Origin: Candidatus Micrarchaeota archaeon
GTDB lineage: Archaea > Iainarchaeota > Iainarchaeia > JAADDC01
DNA: 64,000 nucleotides
Reading direction: 5' to 3'
Assembly: GCA_027046625.1 (NCBI GenBank)
Contig: JALTXX010000016.1
Span: 5,512-69,511 of the forward strand
The notes below the pieces were generated by a model that was not told where the DNA came from, made no database searches, and saw only the letters and a program-made list of their open reading frames with translations. The translations under genes were made by a program, and so were the position numbers. Below are positions 30,198 through 40,629 of the stretch, piece by piece (position 1 is the first letter of the stretch; the number at the start of each line of letters is the position of its first letter).

Positions 30198-31082
30198 TTA
30201 TAACTCTACGGTCATAAGATCTTCCGCCACCTCTACATAAGGGAAAACTTCTTTCGCCTCCTCTAGGAGAGGAGTGGGATCTCTGTAACGAGGAGAGATA
30301 TGATAAAGGAATAGTTTCTTTGCACCTATCTTTTTTGCCACCTCGGCAGCCTGTCTTGCGGTGGAATGTTTTACCTCCTCTGCTTTTTCCCTTTCTCCTT
30401 CCCCAAAGGCACTATCATGGATGAGATAGTCTACAGGAGGTATATAGGTGGGTGCGGTATCCACGAAATAGCCTATAGATCTACCCTTTACAAGGGTAGT
30501 ATACTCCTCGGGAGAGAGCTCTATACCATTCCAGGTGACTGTCTCTCCAGCCTTTAACCTTCTGTATATTCTCCAATCATTTACACCTACCTTTTCTAGC
30601 TTATCTTTTAGCAGCTTCCTCCTGTCTTTCTCCCTGAATATATATCCAAAGGTCTCTGTTGTATGGTCAAGCCTCACGGCTTCTATGTGGAACTCCCTCC
30701 CCTCAAATATGGTGCCTTCCCTTACAGGGATCCACGCAATGGGGAAAAGGGGAAAGAGGGGGATTGCATGTACTAACCATCTCACCCTTCTAAGGGCTGT
30801 TGGGGGGAGAAAAATGTAGAGAGGTTTCCTTCGGTTGTTTAACAACATGGTGTTTATAATGCCAGGCAGCCCAAATACATGATCTCCATGGAGATGGGTA
30901 ATGAATATGGCGTCTATGGAGGTGGGAGATATGCCTGCAAGTGTTAGCTGCCTCTGTGTGCCCTCTCCACAATCAAACAAAATACTATACCCGTTGTAGG
31001 ATATGTGGACGGCTGGGAGACCCCTTTCCTTGGTAGGTACAGATGCAGATGTCCCAAGGAAGGTTAGCCTTATGGGCTGCAT
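30198..31082 (-). CDS. rnz: ribonuclease Z (tRNA 3-prime processing endonuclease, metallo-beta-lactamase fold)
   Basis: HLHGDH motif; short-form RNase Z size; start taken at the second Met (ORF track starts 31094). Confidence 0.8.
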   Translation of the reverse strand: MQPIRLTFLGTSASVPTKERGLPAVHISYNGYSILFDCGEGTQRQLTLAGISPTSIDAIFITHLHGDHVFGLPGIINTMLLNNRRKPLYIFLPPTALRRVRWLVHAIPLFPLFPIAWIPVREGTIFEGREFHIEAVRLDHTTETFGYIFREKDRRKLLKDKLEKVGVNDWRIYRRLKAGETVTWNGIELSPEEYTTLVKGRSIGYFVDTAPTYIPPVDYLIHDSAFGEGEREKAEEVKHSTARQAAEVAKKIGAKKLFLYHISPRYRDPTPLLEEAKEVFPYVEVAEDLMTVEL

Positions 31083-31936
31083 AGAAATACCCACCTCGTA
31101 AGGGAAGAGTGTACCCTTCTCCTTAACTGTTTAACGATGGTAAATCCACTCTTCTCAATGAGGGCAGATCCATCAAAGGGAAGCACAATAACAAGGGATT
31201 TTCTCACTATGTTGTGGGCCCTCTTCAGGAATCTATAGTAAAGATCCCTCCCCCTTAGGGTGGAGGATCTGCCGTAGGGAGGGTCTGTAACTATGATGTC
31301 AACCTCTTCCTCCACCTTTAGGGCATCCCCTCTATAAACATCGCCCCTTATCCTGTAGTATTCCAAATTTCTCTTACACCCCTCCACCATATCCTCCCTT
31401 ATGTCAACTCCTATAACCTTTGCCCTTATCAGTCCAGCCTCTATCAGTATGCCACCAGCTCCACAGAAGGGGTCTAATACCGTATCTCCTCTCATTACCC
31501 CTGCTGCATTTACTAACAGTCTAGCATCTCTCGCATTCATAGATGAGGGATGGAAGAATGGCCTGTTTCTTGCATCTCGAGAGGAGAAATCTTTACCCTT
31601 TATTATCTTTGCATGAGAGAGTACGTGGTATTTATCCCCCTTGTGTACGTATATGACGTTTTTAGGATGTTCTAGGTCAACCTTTCCATCTAACCACCAG
31701 CCTACCTTCTCAGTAATGACCCCTCTAACTGCAAACGGACTCTTTAACACCCATCTCCTGAGACTCACTATCTTCTCTGGTATTTCTCCTTCTCTTCTAA
31801 AGGAGAACTCATATCTTCCCACAACCTTTGCAAAGGCAAGCTGATAGAACCTATCGTGGTAACGGGAGACGTAGAGATTTTTATCCAATCTTTTGAACTT
31901 AGCTCCCAGTGCTCTTGAAATGCCCGTTATCTCCAT
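31070..31936 (-). CDS. THUMP-domain tRNA (guanine-N2)-methyltransferase (Trm11/TrmG10-like)
   Basis: VLDPFCGAGGILIEAG SAM-binding motif and DPPYG catalytic motif; start trimmed to MEITG (ORF track starts 32128, which would overlap lonB). Confidence 0.62.
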   Translation of the reverse strand: MEITGISRALGAKFKRLDKNLYVSRYHDRFYQLAFAKVVGRYEFSFRREGEIPEKIVSLRRWVLKSPFAVRGVITEKVGWWLDGKVDLEHPKNVIYVHKGDKYHVLSHAKIIKGKDFSSRDARNRPFFHPSSMNARDARLLVNAAGVMRGDTVLDPFCGAGGILIEAGLIRAKVIGVDIREDMVEGCKRNLEYYRIRGDVYRGDALKVEEEVDIIVTDPPYGRSSTLRGRDLYYRFLKRAHNIVRKSLVIVLPFDGSALIEKSGFTIVKQLRRRVHSSLTRWVFLCSP

Positions 31937-32014
31937 AAGAAGCTCCCCTTTTAGTCCCCCGTCTACAATGCCTACCTTCACGTTTTTAACAGCATTGTAA
32001 CAACTTAAACACGT

Positions 32015-33889
32015 ATGGATTTCCGTACCACAGAAGAGATACCTGTACCTGAAAGGCTTATAGACCAGGTTATAGGACAGGAAAGGGCTGTATCTACTGT
32101 AAAACGTGCGGTTAAGCAGAGAAGGCATGTTATGTTGGTTGGTCCCCCCGGCACAGGTAAGTCTATGCTTGCCAGAGCGGTGGCAGAACTCCTGCCGGCT
32201 AAGGATCTGGAAGATATTCTTGTGTACCCCAACTTCAAGGATGAAAATACTCCACTCATAAGAACCGTTCCTGCAGGGCAGGGAAAGCTCATTGTGGAAA
32301 GGGAACGTATGGAGGCAATAAGAAGAGCTCAGCGAACTGCTTTGTTGTTTCTAATTCTTCCGCTACTGTTTGGTACATTTTTAACCTATTTGTGGTACAC
32401 AAAGGCCATCTCAGATATTGTGTATGTAGGATTTCTGGTTACTATTACTATACTTACTGGTATTTCCATGTTTGCCATGAATACAAGGTTTAATCCAGAG
32501 AATGAGGTACCAAAGCTCCTGGTAGACAATAGTGAGAGAAAAACAGCACCTTTCATAGATGCCACAGGCGCGAGGGCTGGTGCCATGTTGGGAGACGTAA
32601 GACATGACCCTTTCCAGAGTGGTGGTTTAGGAACCCCTGCGCATTTGAGGGTGGAGCCAGGAGCTATTCACAGAGCTCATAAGGGTGTTTTGTTCATAGA
32701 TGAGATAGGAACGTTACCATATTACATCCAGCAAGAACTACTTACAGCCATACAGGAGAAAAAATATCCTATAAAAGGGCAAAGTGAACGCTCTGCAGGC
32801 GCTATGGTAAAAACAGAGCCTGTACCATGTGATTTTGTGCTTATAGTGGCGGGAAACGTAGAAGATATAAGGAGGATGCACCCCGCTCTTAGATCAAGAA
32901 TAAAGGGGTATGGATATGAAGTTTACCTCAACGAATATATGGATGACAATGAGGAAAATAGATACAAACTAGCTCAGTTTGTGGCCCAAGAGGTAAAAAA
33001 GGATGGCAAAATCCCCCACTTTACCAGGGAGGCCGTTGAAATAATCATTAGAGAGGCAAGACGCATGTCCGGTAAGAAGGGAAAGCTAACCCTTAGATTG
33101 AGGGAATTGGGAGGCATTGTGAGAGCTGCAGGGGATATAGCCAAGGAGAAAGGTCATAAGTATGTACTACCCGAGGATGTGGAGGAAGCCATATCCATTG
33201 CAAAACCTTTGGAGGATCAGATTGCAGAGCGTATAGCGGAGAATCAGAGGGAATATTCCGTAATACTAACGGAAGGCTATGTGGTGGGGAGAGTAAACGG
33301 ACTTGCAGTTTTGGGTAACTCTAACAAGGGAGTAGTTATACCCATAGAGGCGGAGGTGGCACCGGCCCAATCCAGAGAGGGCGGTAGAATTATTGCAACA
33401 GGGGGCCTTATGAGAATAGCAAAGGAAGCTGTTTCCAACGTATCAGCCATTGTAAAGAAGGTAACCAGCAAGGATCTGAAGGATTATGACATACATGTGC
33501 AATTTTTACAGACATACCACGGAGTGGAGGGAGACTCTGCGTCCGTTTCCGTGGCAACCGCTATCATATCAGCCCTCGAAGGAATTCCCGTAGATCAGTC
33601 AGTAGCAATGACAGGATCCCTCTCTGTGAGGGGCGAAGTGCTACCTGTAGGAGGTGTATCTGCAAAAATAATGGCCGCATACGAGGCAGGCATAAGGAAA
33701 GTAATAGTGCCCTATGCAAATAGGGGAGATATAAACCTCCCGGAAGAGGTGAGAGACAGAGTGGAGATTATATACGTCAAGAGAATAGACGAGGTACTCA
33801 GGTATGCATTGAAGAGGGATAATAGGCTGGAAAAGATACTTGATGCTCTATCCTCACTCTTTACCTCTGTTGCACCTTCTCCGGGCTGA
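32015..33889 (+). CDS. lonB: archaeal membrane-bound Lon protease LonB
   Basis: 624 aa; AAA+ Walker A GPPGTGKS, two TM helices inserted in the ATPase domain, C-terminal Lon protease domain with GDSASV Ser and Lys dyad. Confidence 0.85.
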   Translation: MDFRTTEEIPVPERLIDQVIGQERAVSTVKRAVKQRRHVMLVGPPGTGKSMLARAVAELLPAKDLEDILVYPNFKDENTPLIRTVPAGQGKLIVERERMEAIRRAQRTALLFLILPLLFGTFLTYLWYTKAISDIVYVGFLVTITILTGISMFAMNTRFNPENEVPKLLVDNSERKTAPFIDATGARAGAMLGDVRHDPFQSGGLGTPAHLRVEPGAIHRAHKGVLFIDEIGTLPYYIQQELLTAIQEKKYPIKGQSERSAGAMVKTEPVPCDFVLIVAGNVEDIRRMHPALRSRIKGYGYEVYLNEYMDDNEENRYKLAQFVAQEVKKDGKIPHFTREAVEIIIREARRMSGKKGKLTLRLRELGGIVRAAGDIAKEKGHKYVLPEDVEEAISIAKPLEDQIAERIAENQREYSVILTEGYVVGRVNGLAVLGNSNKGVVIPIEAEVAPAQSREGGRIIATGGLMRIAKEAVSNVSAIVKKVTSKDLKDYDIHVQFLQTYHGVEGDSASVSVATAIISALEGIPVDQSVAMTGSLSVRGEVLPVGGVSAKIMAAYEAGIRKVIVPYANRGDINLPEEVRDRVEIIYVKRIDEVLRYALKRDNRLEKILDALSSLFTSVAPSPG

Positions 33890-34994
33890 TGATGAAACCA
33901 ATGGGGGACTGGGGTTTTAGGAGCTCCCTAAGGTATGAGGTGGCATACGTGCCGGCCGGCAAGAAAAAAGAAACGGTGTTGCCCTCTACCCTTAGGTGTT
34001 TGGGGTACTCTATAGTGTTTCTCTCTTCCCCATAGGTGGAAAATCGTTTCCATCGTTTGAAGTGCTCCTTTGTGATGCCATCCTCATCCAGTAGCTCCTT
34101 TTCCACCCCAGAAGGAAACACCTTGTAGCCAGGGACGATAAGGGTATCCTCGTTTGAGATGGAAAGAGCCTTGTTGAATATATAGGATTGGTATGCGTGA
34201 ATAAAGAGGGAAATAAGATTAGGAGGGAGGGATAGAAGAGCAGACTTGAAATCCTTGCCCTTTGAAAGTTCAGACAGTATGCTTCTCTCCTTTCTCAGAT
34301 TATGAGGAAAGTACCGGAGAGCCTCCTTAATATTCCACTCTTTCTCCAACCTCCTTCTGGCTTCCTGGGTTTCTGGTGGCTCCCATGGGGATGTGGCTGT
34401 TAGATACACCCTTACCGCCTCCTCAAAGTCCTCAAGGAGGATATACTTTCCAACTCTGTGGGACACAAACCTATAAGAGCCAAACCTCTGATGGCCAAAG
34501 TAGTTTAGAAACTTTTCGGGTACCCACTCAAGATTGCATCCGTATATTCTTACCCTAAACCAGTTTCCCTTTAGCTGACCTCTTCTAAGCTTTCTTCTCA
34601 TATAAATGGGTGTGTGGAAAGCCACATCCTTAATATTCAAAGATCTGATATCCCCCCATTTTACCTTCCAGAGGCTTATCCATTGAGCGGTGAGTGCAAA
34701 TTTATCCTTTGTTCCCGCAAAGGATATTCTGCTCCGAGAAATATGAAGTTCTCTTGCGATCTTCCTTATAATATCGTTGGTGTCCCAGTCCCTTTTTTCC
34801 ATTACCACATAAAGATACTCCCCTTCTCCCTCTGGCTTCATGGGAGCTTTCTGATTGTTTAAGATGCGTATGGAAGCCTTTCCCAAAGGACCTTCTTCTT
34901 CTACCACAAAATCCTCAGGCTCTCTTCTTGTATAGCCCCTACATTCTTCCCTGTAGAGATACCGTTCTATACCTATCTCTCTTTCCCACTCCAT
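33861..34994 (-). CDS. truD: tRNA pseudouridine(13) synthase TruD/Pus7 family
   Basis: FAGTKDKFA catalytic-Asp motif of TruD; start trimmed to MEWEREIG. Confidence 0.72.
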   Translation of the reverse strand: MEWEREIGIERYLYREECRGYTRREPEDFVVEEEGPLGKASIRILNNQKAPMKPEGEGEYLYVVMEKRDWDTNDIIRKIARELHISRSRISFAGTKDKFALTAQWISLWKVKWGDIRSLNIKDVAFHTPIYMRRKLRRGQLKGNWFRVRIYGCNLEWVPEKFLNYFGHQRFGSYRFVSHRVGKYILLEDFEEAVRVYLTATSPWEPPETQEARRRLEKEWNIKEALRYFPHNLRKERSILSELSKGKDFKSALLSLPPNLISLFIHAYQSYIFNKALSISNEDTLIVPGYKVFPSGVEKELLDEDGITKEHFKRWKRFSTYGEERNTIEYPKHLRVEGNTVSFFLPAGTYATSYLRELLKPQSPIGFIISPEKVQQR

Positions 34995-36532
34995 ACTCTC
35001 ACCAGATACACACCCACACCCATTGCAAGTAGTATGAGGAAGATGGAGAGTGGTTGTAGAAGGATGGTGGTGCCTATACTTGCCCATAGGGAGAGAATAA
35101 GGACTAAAATGAGAAGGGATAGAAGAGCAGACTTGTAGGAAGTGTCTTTGTATTTCATGTATCGCATTCTGAACTCAAGAAATCTTGAGATGCGCTCTCT
35201 TATTTCGAGTAGTAGTTTTGATATAGGGTAAAGAAGTAGCACAAGCATTATGAGGGAAAGTACCTTGTTATCCTTCTCTATTGACCAGAAGAATAGGTAG
35301 ATGATGGCTATAAGAGCCAATATATATGGTATTGTGCTCTTTCCCTCCCTTGGGATATATAAGGGCACATAGGGAGTGTCTGGAAGAGGAAGATACTTTC
35401 TGAACACCTTTACAACGGTGACTTCTTTCTTCCACAAGATGTTTGAAAGGATGTTTGTAATTACAATAGCCACAAACACAGCTCCCATGATCTCCTCAGA
35501 ACGAGGAATGCCTACACTTGCTGCAACTGCTGCAAAGAACAGCGAAAACTCACCTAGGGGAAGATCTAACATAAAGAAGCGAGCAGCAGACCTAATGGAA
35601 TTACCCAGAAGCGGCATTACCGAAGAGGCAGAAAGTACAGCAACTAGCTGAGCTATAGACAGTAATAAACCCAGTAGGATACTTTCAAAGGTGAAAAGTG
35701 GGGAATATAGAAAGCCTATAGATGTGAAGAACACTATTACAAAGAGTCGTTTGAGGGGTTCTAAGTCTCTCTCTATACGGGGAACAGCTGTAAGCTCTGA
35801 TATGGACATGCCTGCAAAAAACGCACCAAGGGTTGGTGGTATCCCAAGGAGAGAGAATCCATAGGAAAACACTACCAATGCCCCCACGGAGAATACTACT
35901 AATGTCTCTGGCTTAATATACCTGCCAGCAAGATGAAATAACAGGCGGGATATGTATATACCCACTGTAAGGAGGAGAATTAACACCATTGATGTATGGA
36001 GTACCGCTGTAAGGATATCCTCACCTCTGCTGAGTAACAGGGTAATAAAGATAACGGAGAAAATGTCCTCCAATATAAGCATTGATAGCGCAGTTCTAGC
36101 CTCCACAGAGTGCTGCATACGCCTCTCTAGGATGGTGTTCGAGATGATTCCTGTGGAACTCACGGCTGTGGCCGCCCCTGCAACTATGGATGTTTCCATA
36201 GGAAACCCAAGAAGGGTAGCTCCTATAAACCCAAGAAGAAAACCCACACCACTTTTTATAGGTGATAATACAATAGCTTGTACACCAAATTGAAGGAATT
36301 TTCTGACATTAAACTCCATACCTATGTAAAATAGCAACATTGCGATGCCAAGTTCTGCAAACAGGGATATAAGTTCCCTCCCCTCCGGATACATCATGCC
36401 CAGGAAGTACCCTGCGGATGCGTATCCCAATACACCTGGCAGCCCCACTCTCTCAAAAAGAGATCCTAAGATTACCGCAACAAATACCACTATACCCAGC
36501 TGGAGTAGTAACGTATTTTCTGGAGTAGCCAC
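34973..36532 (-). CDS. monovalent cation:proton antiporter (CPA family, Kef/NapA-like) with extended C-terminal membrane domain
   Basis: 519 aa, about 13 TM helices; N-terminal Na_H exchanger-like region. Confidence 0.68.
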   Translation of the reverse strand: MATPENTLLLQLGIVVFVAVILGSLFERVGLPGVLGYASAGYFLGMMYPEGRELISLFAELGIAMLLFYIGMEFNVRKFLQFGVQAIVLSPIKSGVGFLLGFIGATLLGFPMETSIVAGAATAVSSTGIISNTILERRMQHSVEARTALSMLILEDIFSVIFITLLLSRGEDILTAVLHTSMVLILLLTVGIYISRLLFHLAGRYIKPETLVVFSVGALVVFSYGFSLLGIPPTLGAFFAGMSISELTAVPRIERDLEPLKRLFVIVFFTSIGFLYSPLFTFESILLGLLLSIAQLVAVLSASSVMPLLGNSIRSAARFFMLDLPLGEFSLFFAAVAASVGIPRSEEIMGAVFVAIVITNILSNILWKKEVTVVKVFRKYLPLPDTPYVPLYIPREGKSTIPYILALIAIIYLFFWSIEKDNKVLSLIMLVLLLYPISKLLLEIRERISRFLEFRMRYMKYKDTSYKSALLSLLILVLILSLWASIGTTILLQPLSIFLILLAMGVGVYLVRVWSGKER

Positions 36533-37173
36533 TATATGATGGGATTTAGAGACTTTAAGAGGTTTTCATAGAAGCGTTGAAGCCTTTGCTGATTTTTTAC
36601 CATTTTCCAATTAGCGATGTTTACCATCTTTGAAAGAGTGGCATCCTCCAGAACTCTTTCCCCCTCCCAAACTACAGGAACCGCCATGTATTCTATGTTT
36701 CTAAGCTCTATGTGGTAAATGCCCTCTCTGAAACTCTGAACACCAGCCACCTTAATTCCCGACTCTCGTGCAATGGAGAGAATGCGCTTGGCAGATTCGA
36801 GATCCTTTGAAGCTAGATGAAGGATGAAGGGTTCGACCTTAAACCACAAAAACATACCCTCGAAGGAGGATACCTTATCCAAGACCTCCTCTACCATTAC
36901 GGGTCTGTGCCACTTCCCCACAAATGAGGACGGCTCTTTTCTCTCATACAAGTCGGTAGCTAGTAATACTACCCTTCCTGAGCAAGAAGAGGTGGTAACA
37001 AACTCTTCTTTGTTGTTTATAACATTTAAAACAGGTATAATAGGTACGTCTACAGCCTCTTCCTTCAAAGCCTCTTCCAGTTTTCTCAAATGCTTTCTCC
37101 GATAGGTTTTCCAAATATCCATGAAAGAAGAGGCTCCATGCATTTTAAATCTTCGTGTATCATTTTTTCCCAT
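36532..37173 (-). CDS. taw3: tRNA wybutosine-synthesizing protein 3 homolog (Taw3/TYW3)
   Basis: SSCSGR motif characteristic of TYW3; start may be the internal Met at 37143. Confidence 0.6.
   Translation of the reverse strand: MGKNDTRRFKMHGASSFMDIWKTYRRKHLRKLEEALKEEAVDVPIIPVLNVINNKEEFVTTSSCSGRVVLLATDLYERKEPSSFVGKWHRPVMVEEVLDKVSSFEGMFLWFKVEPFILHLASKDLESAKRILSIARESGIKVAGVQSFREGIYHIELRNIEYMAVPVVWEGERVLEDATLSKMVNIANWKMVKNQQRLQRFYENLLKSLNPII
37144..37151 (+). promoter_or_regulatory. TATA-like box (TTTTAAAT) about 24 nt upstream of the rps26e ATG
   Basis: A/T box position relative to start codon. Confidence 0.35.
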
Positions 37174-37471
37174 GGGAAAGGTTACCTATGTAACGTGCAT
37201 ATACTGTGGAAGGAGGGTTCCCCGAGATTCTGCTGTACCTGTTTACAAAACCCCATCCTGGTTGTCAGCTCTTGACAACACCCAAGAGATCACCTTTGTG
37301 GGTTGGGGAGCGGAGAAGGTCTATGTTTGTATTTCCTGTGCCAAACATAGAGGAATATCATTTGAGGGATGGAGGGTAAAGATAGTAAGGGAGGACAGAA
37401 AGGTTAGAGAGCAGAAAAGAAAGAAGGCTTTGGGAAAGAAAAAGAAATCAGCTAACTCTGTAAAGAATTAG
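37172..37471 (+). CDS. rps26e: 30S ribosomal protein S26e
   Basis: start trimmed to MGKVTYVTCIYCGRRVPRDSAV; paired zinc motifs C-x2-C ... C-x2-C as in S26e. Confidence 0.75.
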   Translation: MGKVTYVTCIYCGRRVPRDSAVPVYKTPSWLSALDNTQEITFVGWGAEKVYVCISCAKHRGISFEGWRVKIVREDRKVREQKRKKALGKKKKSANSVKN

Positions 37472-39808
37472 ATAACCAGTAGGAGACACATACACAGGTT
37501 TCACTCTTTCGTTCCCTCCCTTCCATAGAAGGAACATAAAGCTCCGATTCATCTTTTCTGTGACCAATACTAGCCTGTCCTCTATTTTGTATACGCCGTA
37601 TCCCTTGAATTTGGGCAGCTCCTCAAAGGGTAGGGGTGCAAGAAATACAGAGGGAGCCCTTTCTATAATGTTTTTCTCCACAAAAATGGGGTTGATAGGA
37701 TCGCCGCAGTTGTAGTAGTTATCATACAAGCCTGTGACGGGTTTGCAGGGCTGTGTTATGTAGAAGAGATAGTCGGGCGCAAGCTGGGAAGCAGCCCTAA
37801 ATCCATAGGCATAGAGAAGGAATGCGTTGTATCCATAGATGTAATCTCTACTCCAAAGTATATAGTCATAGTTCTTTTCCTGTACCCTCCTTATCCCCTC
37901 CTCCCATGGGGACAAGAAAGTTTCTGCAACATACTGGTTAGCCTTGAACACGACATTTGTGTTATCTGTTGCAAGGTATCTCTCTGTGAAGAAGGCCAGC
38001 CAGTGCCCTAAACCCCACCAGTTAAATATGGCAGCATTCTTTTCTGTGTTCTTCTCTATAAACTCAAAGGTAGCCAAATAGTCAGGCCCCCTCATCCAGA
38101 ACGTGTCTGAAGTGATAGGTGCAATAGTGAGGGCCTCTGCAGCCTCCTCCGGATAAAGGAGGGTAGGAACTCTACCAACTGTGTGGAATATGCCTGTTGC
38201 AAGGAGTGCAAACACTATTATAATATAAATAGTAAGGATCCATTCCTTCTTTCCTCTGTTCCAGAGATCTGCCAGCACAAGACCGGCTACCAATCCCAGA
38301 GGAGCGCCAAAATAGTAGTTTGTCTTTAGTTTTATCCATGCAAGGTAGAGAGTGAGTCCGAATACGGCCAGAATAATAAGATATTCTGGTCTCCTTTTGT
38401 ATATAAGGAAGGGAACAGCAAAGAGGGTAAATACTGCCAGAATAGAAAACTTAGGGGACCAGAAGAAGTACCCATATCTTTCCTCCACTACTGTTGCACC
38501 AATAACGCCATACCTTTGCTCTAATAGGGGTACATTTCCTCCAAGGAAGTCTTCTATCCAGTTGTAACCGTTGTAGAAGACGGACAGTAACCCCACCAAA
38601 AGCACAAGAACCGTTCCCCCGAGGAGATAGATCCACTCTCTTCTATCGTACCTTTTTGGAACCACAGTTGTTGCGGCGAATGATCCAATCACCTGTGCAA
38701 CAAATACCACAATTATACTGCCGAATATCATCTGATAAAGATCTACACCTGGGATGTTTCCTCCTACCTCTTTATACGCCTCTCCATATCCAATTATCCT
38801 TTCCCTTCCATCCTCCAGTGTTACTGTCATTTTGAACCCAGCGGTTGCACTTACCATGTAAAAGGGTATGGCAAGGAGGAGAGATGCCAAAGAGAAGTAA
38901 AACCACTTCTTTTCCTTTGTTATAAGGTGTAGTGTCAAAAAGTATGCCATGAGACCCATCAGTACAGGAATGAGGGGATGGGTTCCCAGTACAAGGAGGG
39001 TGGCAGCTCCCACGCTATTTATATCTGTTGATAAGGTACCCACACTCTCAAGAGTGTTCACCGCTGTTCCTATGGCTAGTGAACGGAATAGTAGCCACAC
39101 AACAATGGCTCCTATCGCTGTAAGGATAGCCCCTATGGTGGGTGTGATGGGAAATCTACTACCTATCTGAAGCGCTATCTCTCTTGCAATGAATAGACCT
39201 ATTGAGAGTAGAAGGGTATAGACTACTAGTTCGTAGGCCTTCCAGGCCACTGCAACCCCTAACCACGATATGGAAGACAGTAGAAGGAACTTCCAATCTC
39301 TTCTCCTGACACCTTCCACAAATAGGAACACTCCAAGTAAAAATAGAGCCAATCCTACTGCATCATCCTCATAAAAGCCCGCCATACTTCTATACACATA
39401 CCCCGGGTTTGTGGCAGCCAACGTCCCGGAGAGTATACCTGCAAGGGGTCCACCAACGTAGAATGCAAGCAAAGCCATGGACAAGCTTCCGATTACACCA
39501 AAGAAGGTGGATAAATCCTTCAGCGCGATAAACCACTGTTCCCTATTGTACTCTTCACCAAATCGTATCTTGTAATACCATGCTGGTAGGTAGAAGGATA
39601 ACTCCTTTGGAATAGGAGGGTGTTCAAAATTGTAAGAGTATAAAGGATCCCTTTCTGGTAATTCTCCATTGAGTAGCACATACTTTCCATGGCGTGCAAA
39701 CCAATAGGAATCTATACCAAAGATATTTTCCCAGTGATACAGAAAGGCTCTTGCACCTATTGCCATAAGGGATACCACTAGGACGAGGATAACAAGGTCC
39801 CTCTTCAC
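37448..39808 (-). CDS. aglB: AglB/STT3-family oligosaccharyltransferase-like membrane protein
   Basis: 786 aa; about 13 N-terminal TM helices then soluble C-domain; first-loop IDSYWFARH resembles STT3 DPYFNYR; WWGLGHW follows the last TM where AglB has WWDYGYW. Confidence 0.55.
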   Translation of the reverse strand: MKRDLVILVLVVSLMAIGARAFLYHWENIFGIDSYWFARHGKYVLLNGELPERDPLYSYNFEHPPIPKELSFYLPAWYYKIRFGEEYNREQWFIALKDLSTFFGVIGSLSMALLAFYVGGPLAGILSGTLAATNPGYVYRSMAGFYEDDAVGLALFLLGVFLFVEGVRRRDWKFLLLSSISWLGVAVAWKAYELVVYTLLLSIGLFIAREIALQIGSRFPITPTIGAILTAIGAIVVWLLFRSLAIGTAVNTLESVGTLSTDINSVGAATLLVLGTHPLIPVLMGLMAYFLTLHLITKEKKWFYFSLASLLLAIPFYMVSATAGFKMTVTLEDGRERIIGYGEAYKEVGGNIPGVDLYQMIFGSIIVVFVAQVIGSFAATTVVPKRYDRREWIYLLGGTVLVLLVGLLSVFYNGYNWIEDFLGGNVPLLEQRYGVIGATVVEERYGYFFWSPKFSILAVFTLFAVPFLIYKRRPEYLIILAVFGLTLYLAWIKLKTNYYFGAPLGLVAGLVLADLWNRGKKEWILTIYIIIVFALLATGIFHTVGRVPTLLYPEEAAEALTIAPITSDTFWMRGPDYLATFEFIEKNTEKNAAIFNWWGLGHWLAFFTERYLATDNTNVVFKANQYVAETFLSPWEEGIRRVQEKNYDYILWSRDYIYGYNAFLLYAYGFRAASQLAPDYLFYITQPCKPVTGLYDNYYNCGDPINPIFVEKNIIERAPSVFLAPLPFEELPKFKGYGVYKIEDRLVLVTEKMNRSFMFLLWKGGNERVKPVYVSPTGYLILYRVS

Positions 39809-39853
39809 CTCAATATTAGGCTTGGGATGATGTTAAAAGGGTTGTGTAGTGAA

Positions 39854-39928
<75 letters not shown>

Positions 39929-40035
39929 TCCATATGGGGGTTTAGACTCTATCACCCCATGCTGGTGGGACCTTTTGATCCCTATCTACCATATGCTGAA
40001 GGTAAGGTTAAAAAGTAGGCCTCCCAATTTATGAG

Positions 40036-40629
40036 GTGTTTATCGTAATAGAGGGAATAGACGGCTCCGGTAAAACCACACAGGCCCAGCTTCTTTATGC
40101 CTATCTTCTTAAAAAGGGCTATAAGGTTCACCTGACAGCAGAGCCCAGCCCCCACGTTACTGGAAATGCACTAAAACTTCTTTTAAGAAGCAAAGAAAAA
40201 CTGCCAAAAGGAGTTTTGCTCCTTTCCTTCTTGGCAGACAGAATAACTCACACGGAGAATACCATTAAGCCCCTTTTGAAGGAAGGATACATTGTAATAT
40301 CGGATAGATACCATCCATCTACCCTTGCGTACCAACGGGTAGAGGGATTTGAAGAGAGAGATATAAACACAGTACTAAAGGTGCTAGGCGCATCCCTTCC
40401 CATTCCGGATGTGGTGATTTACATAGATGTATCCCCTGAAGTGGCCATGGAGAGGATGCGAAGAAGGAGTAGCAGGGCAATATATGAGGAACTAGAATTC
40501 CTTAGACAGGTTAGGGAGCGATACCTTTCTATGAAGGATATAGTGGTAGTTAATGGAGAAAGAGACCCTATAACTATCCATAAGGAAGTGGTAAGCATCG
40601 TAGAGAAGTTGTTATCCTCCGATAGGTGA
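40036..40629 (+). CDS. tmk: thymidylate kinase
   Basis: 197 aa; MFIVIEGIDGSGKTTQ P-loop, DRY motif. Confidence 0.85.
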   Translation: MFIVIEGIDGSGKTTQAQLLYAYLLKKGYKVHLTAEPSPHVTGNALKLLLRSKEKLPKGVLLLSFLADRITHTENTIKPLLKEGYIVISDRYHPSTLAYQRVEGFEERDINTVLKVLGASLPIPDVVIYIDVSPEVAMERMRRRSSRAIYEELEFLRQVRERYLSMKDIVVVNGERDPITIHKEVVSIVEKLLSSDR

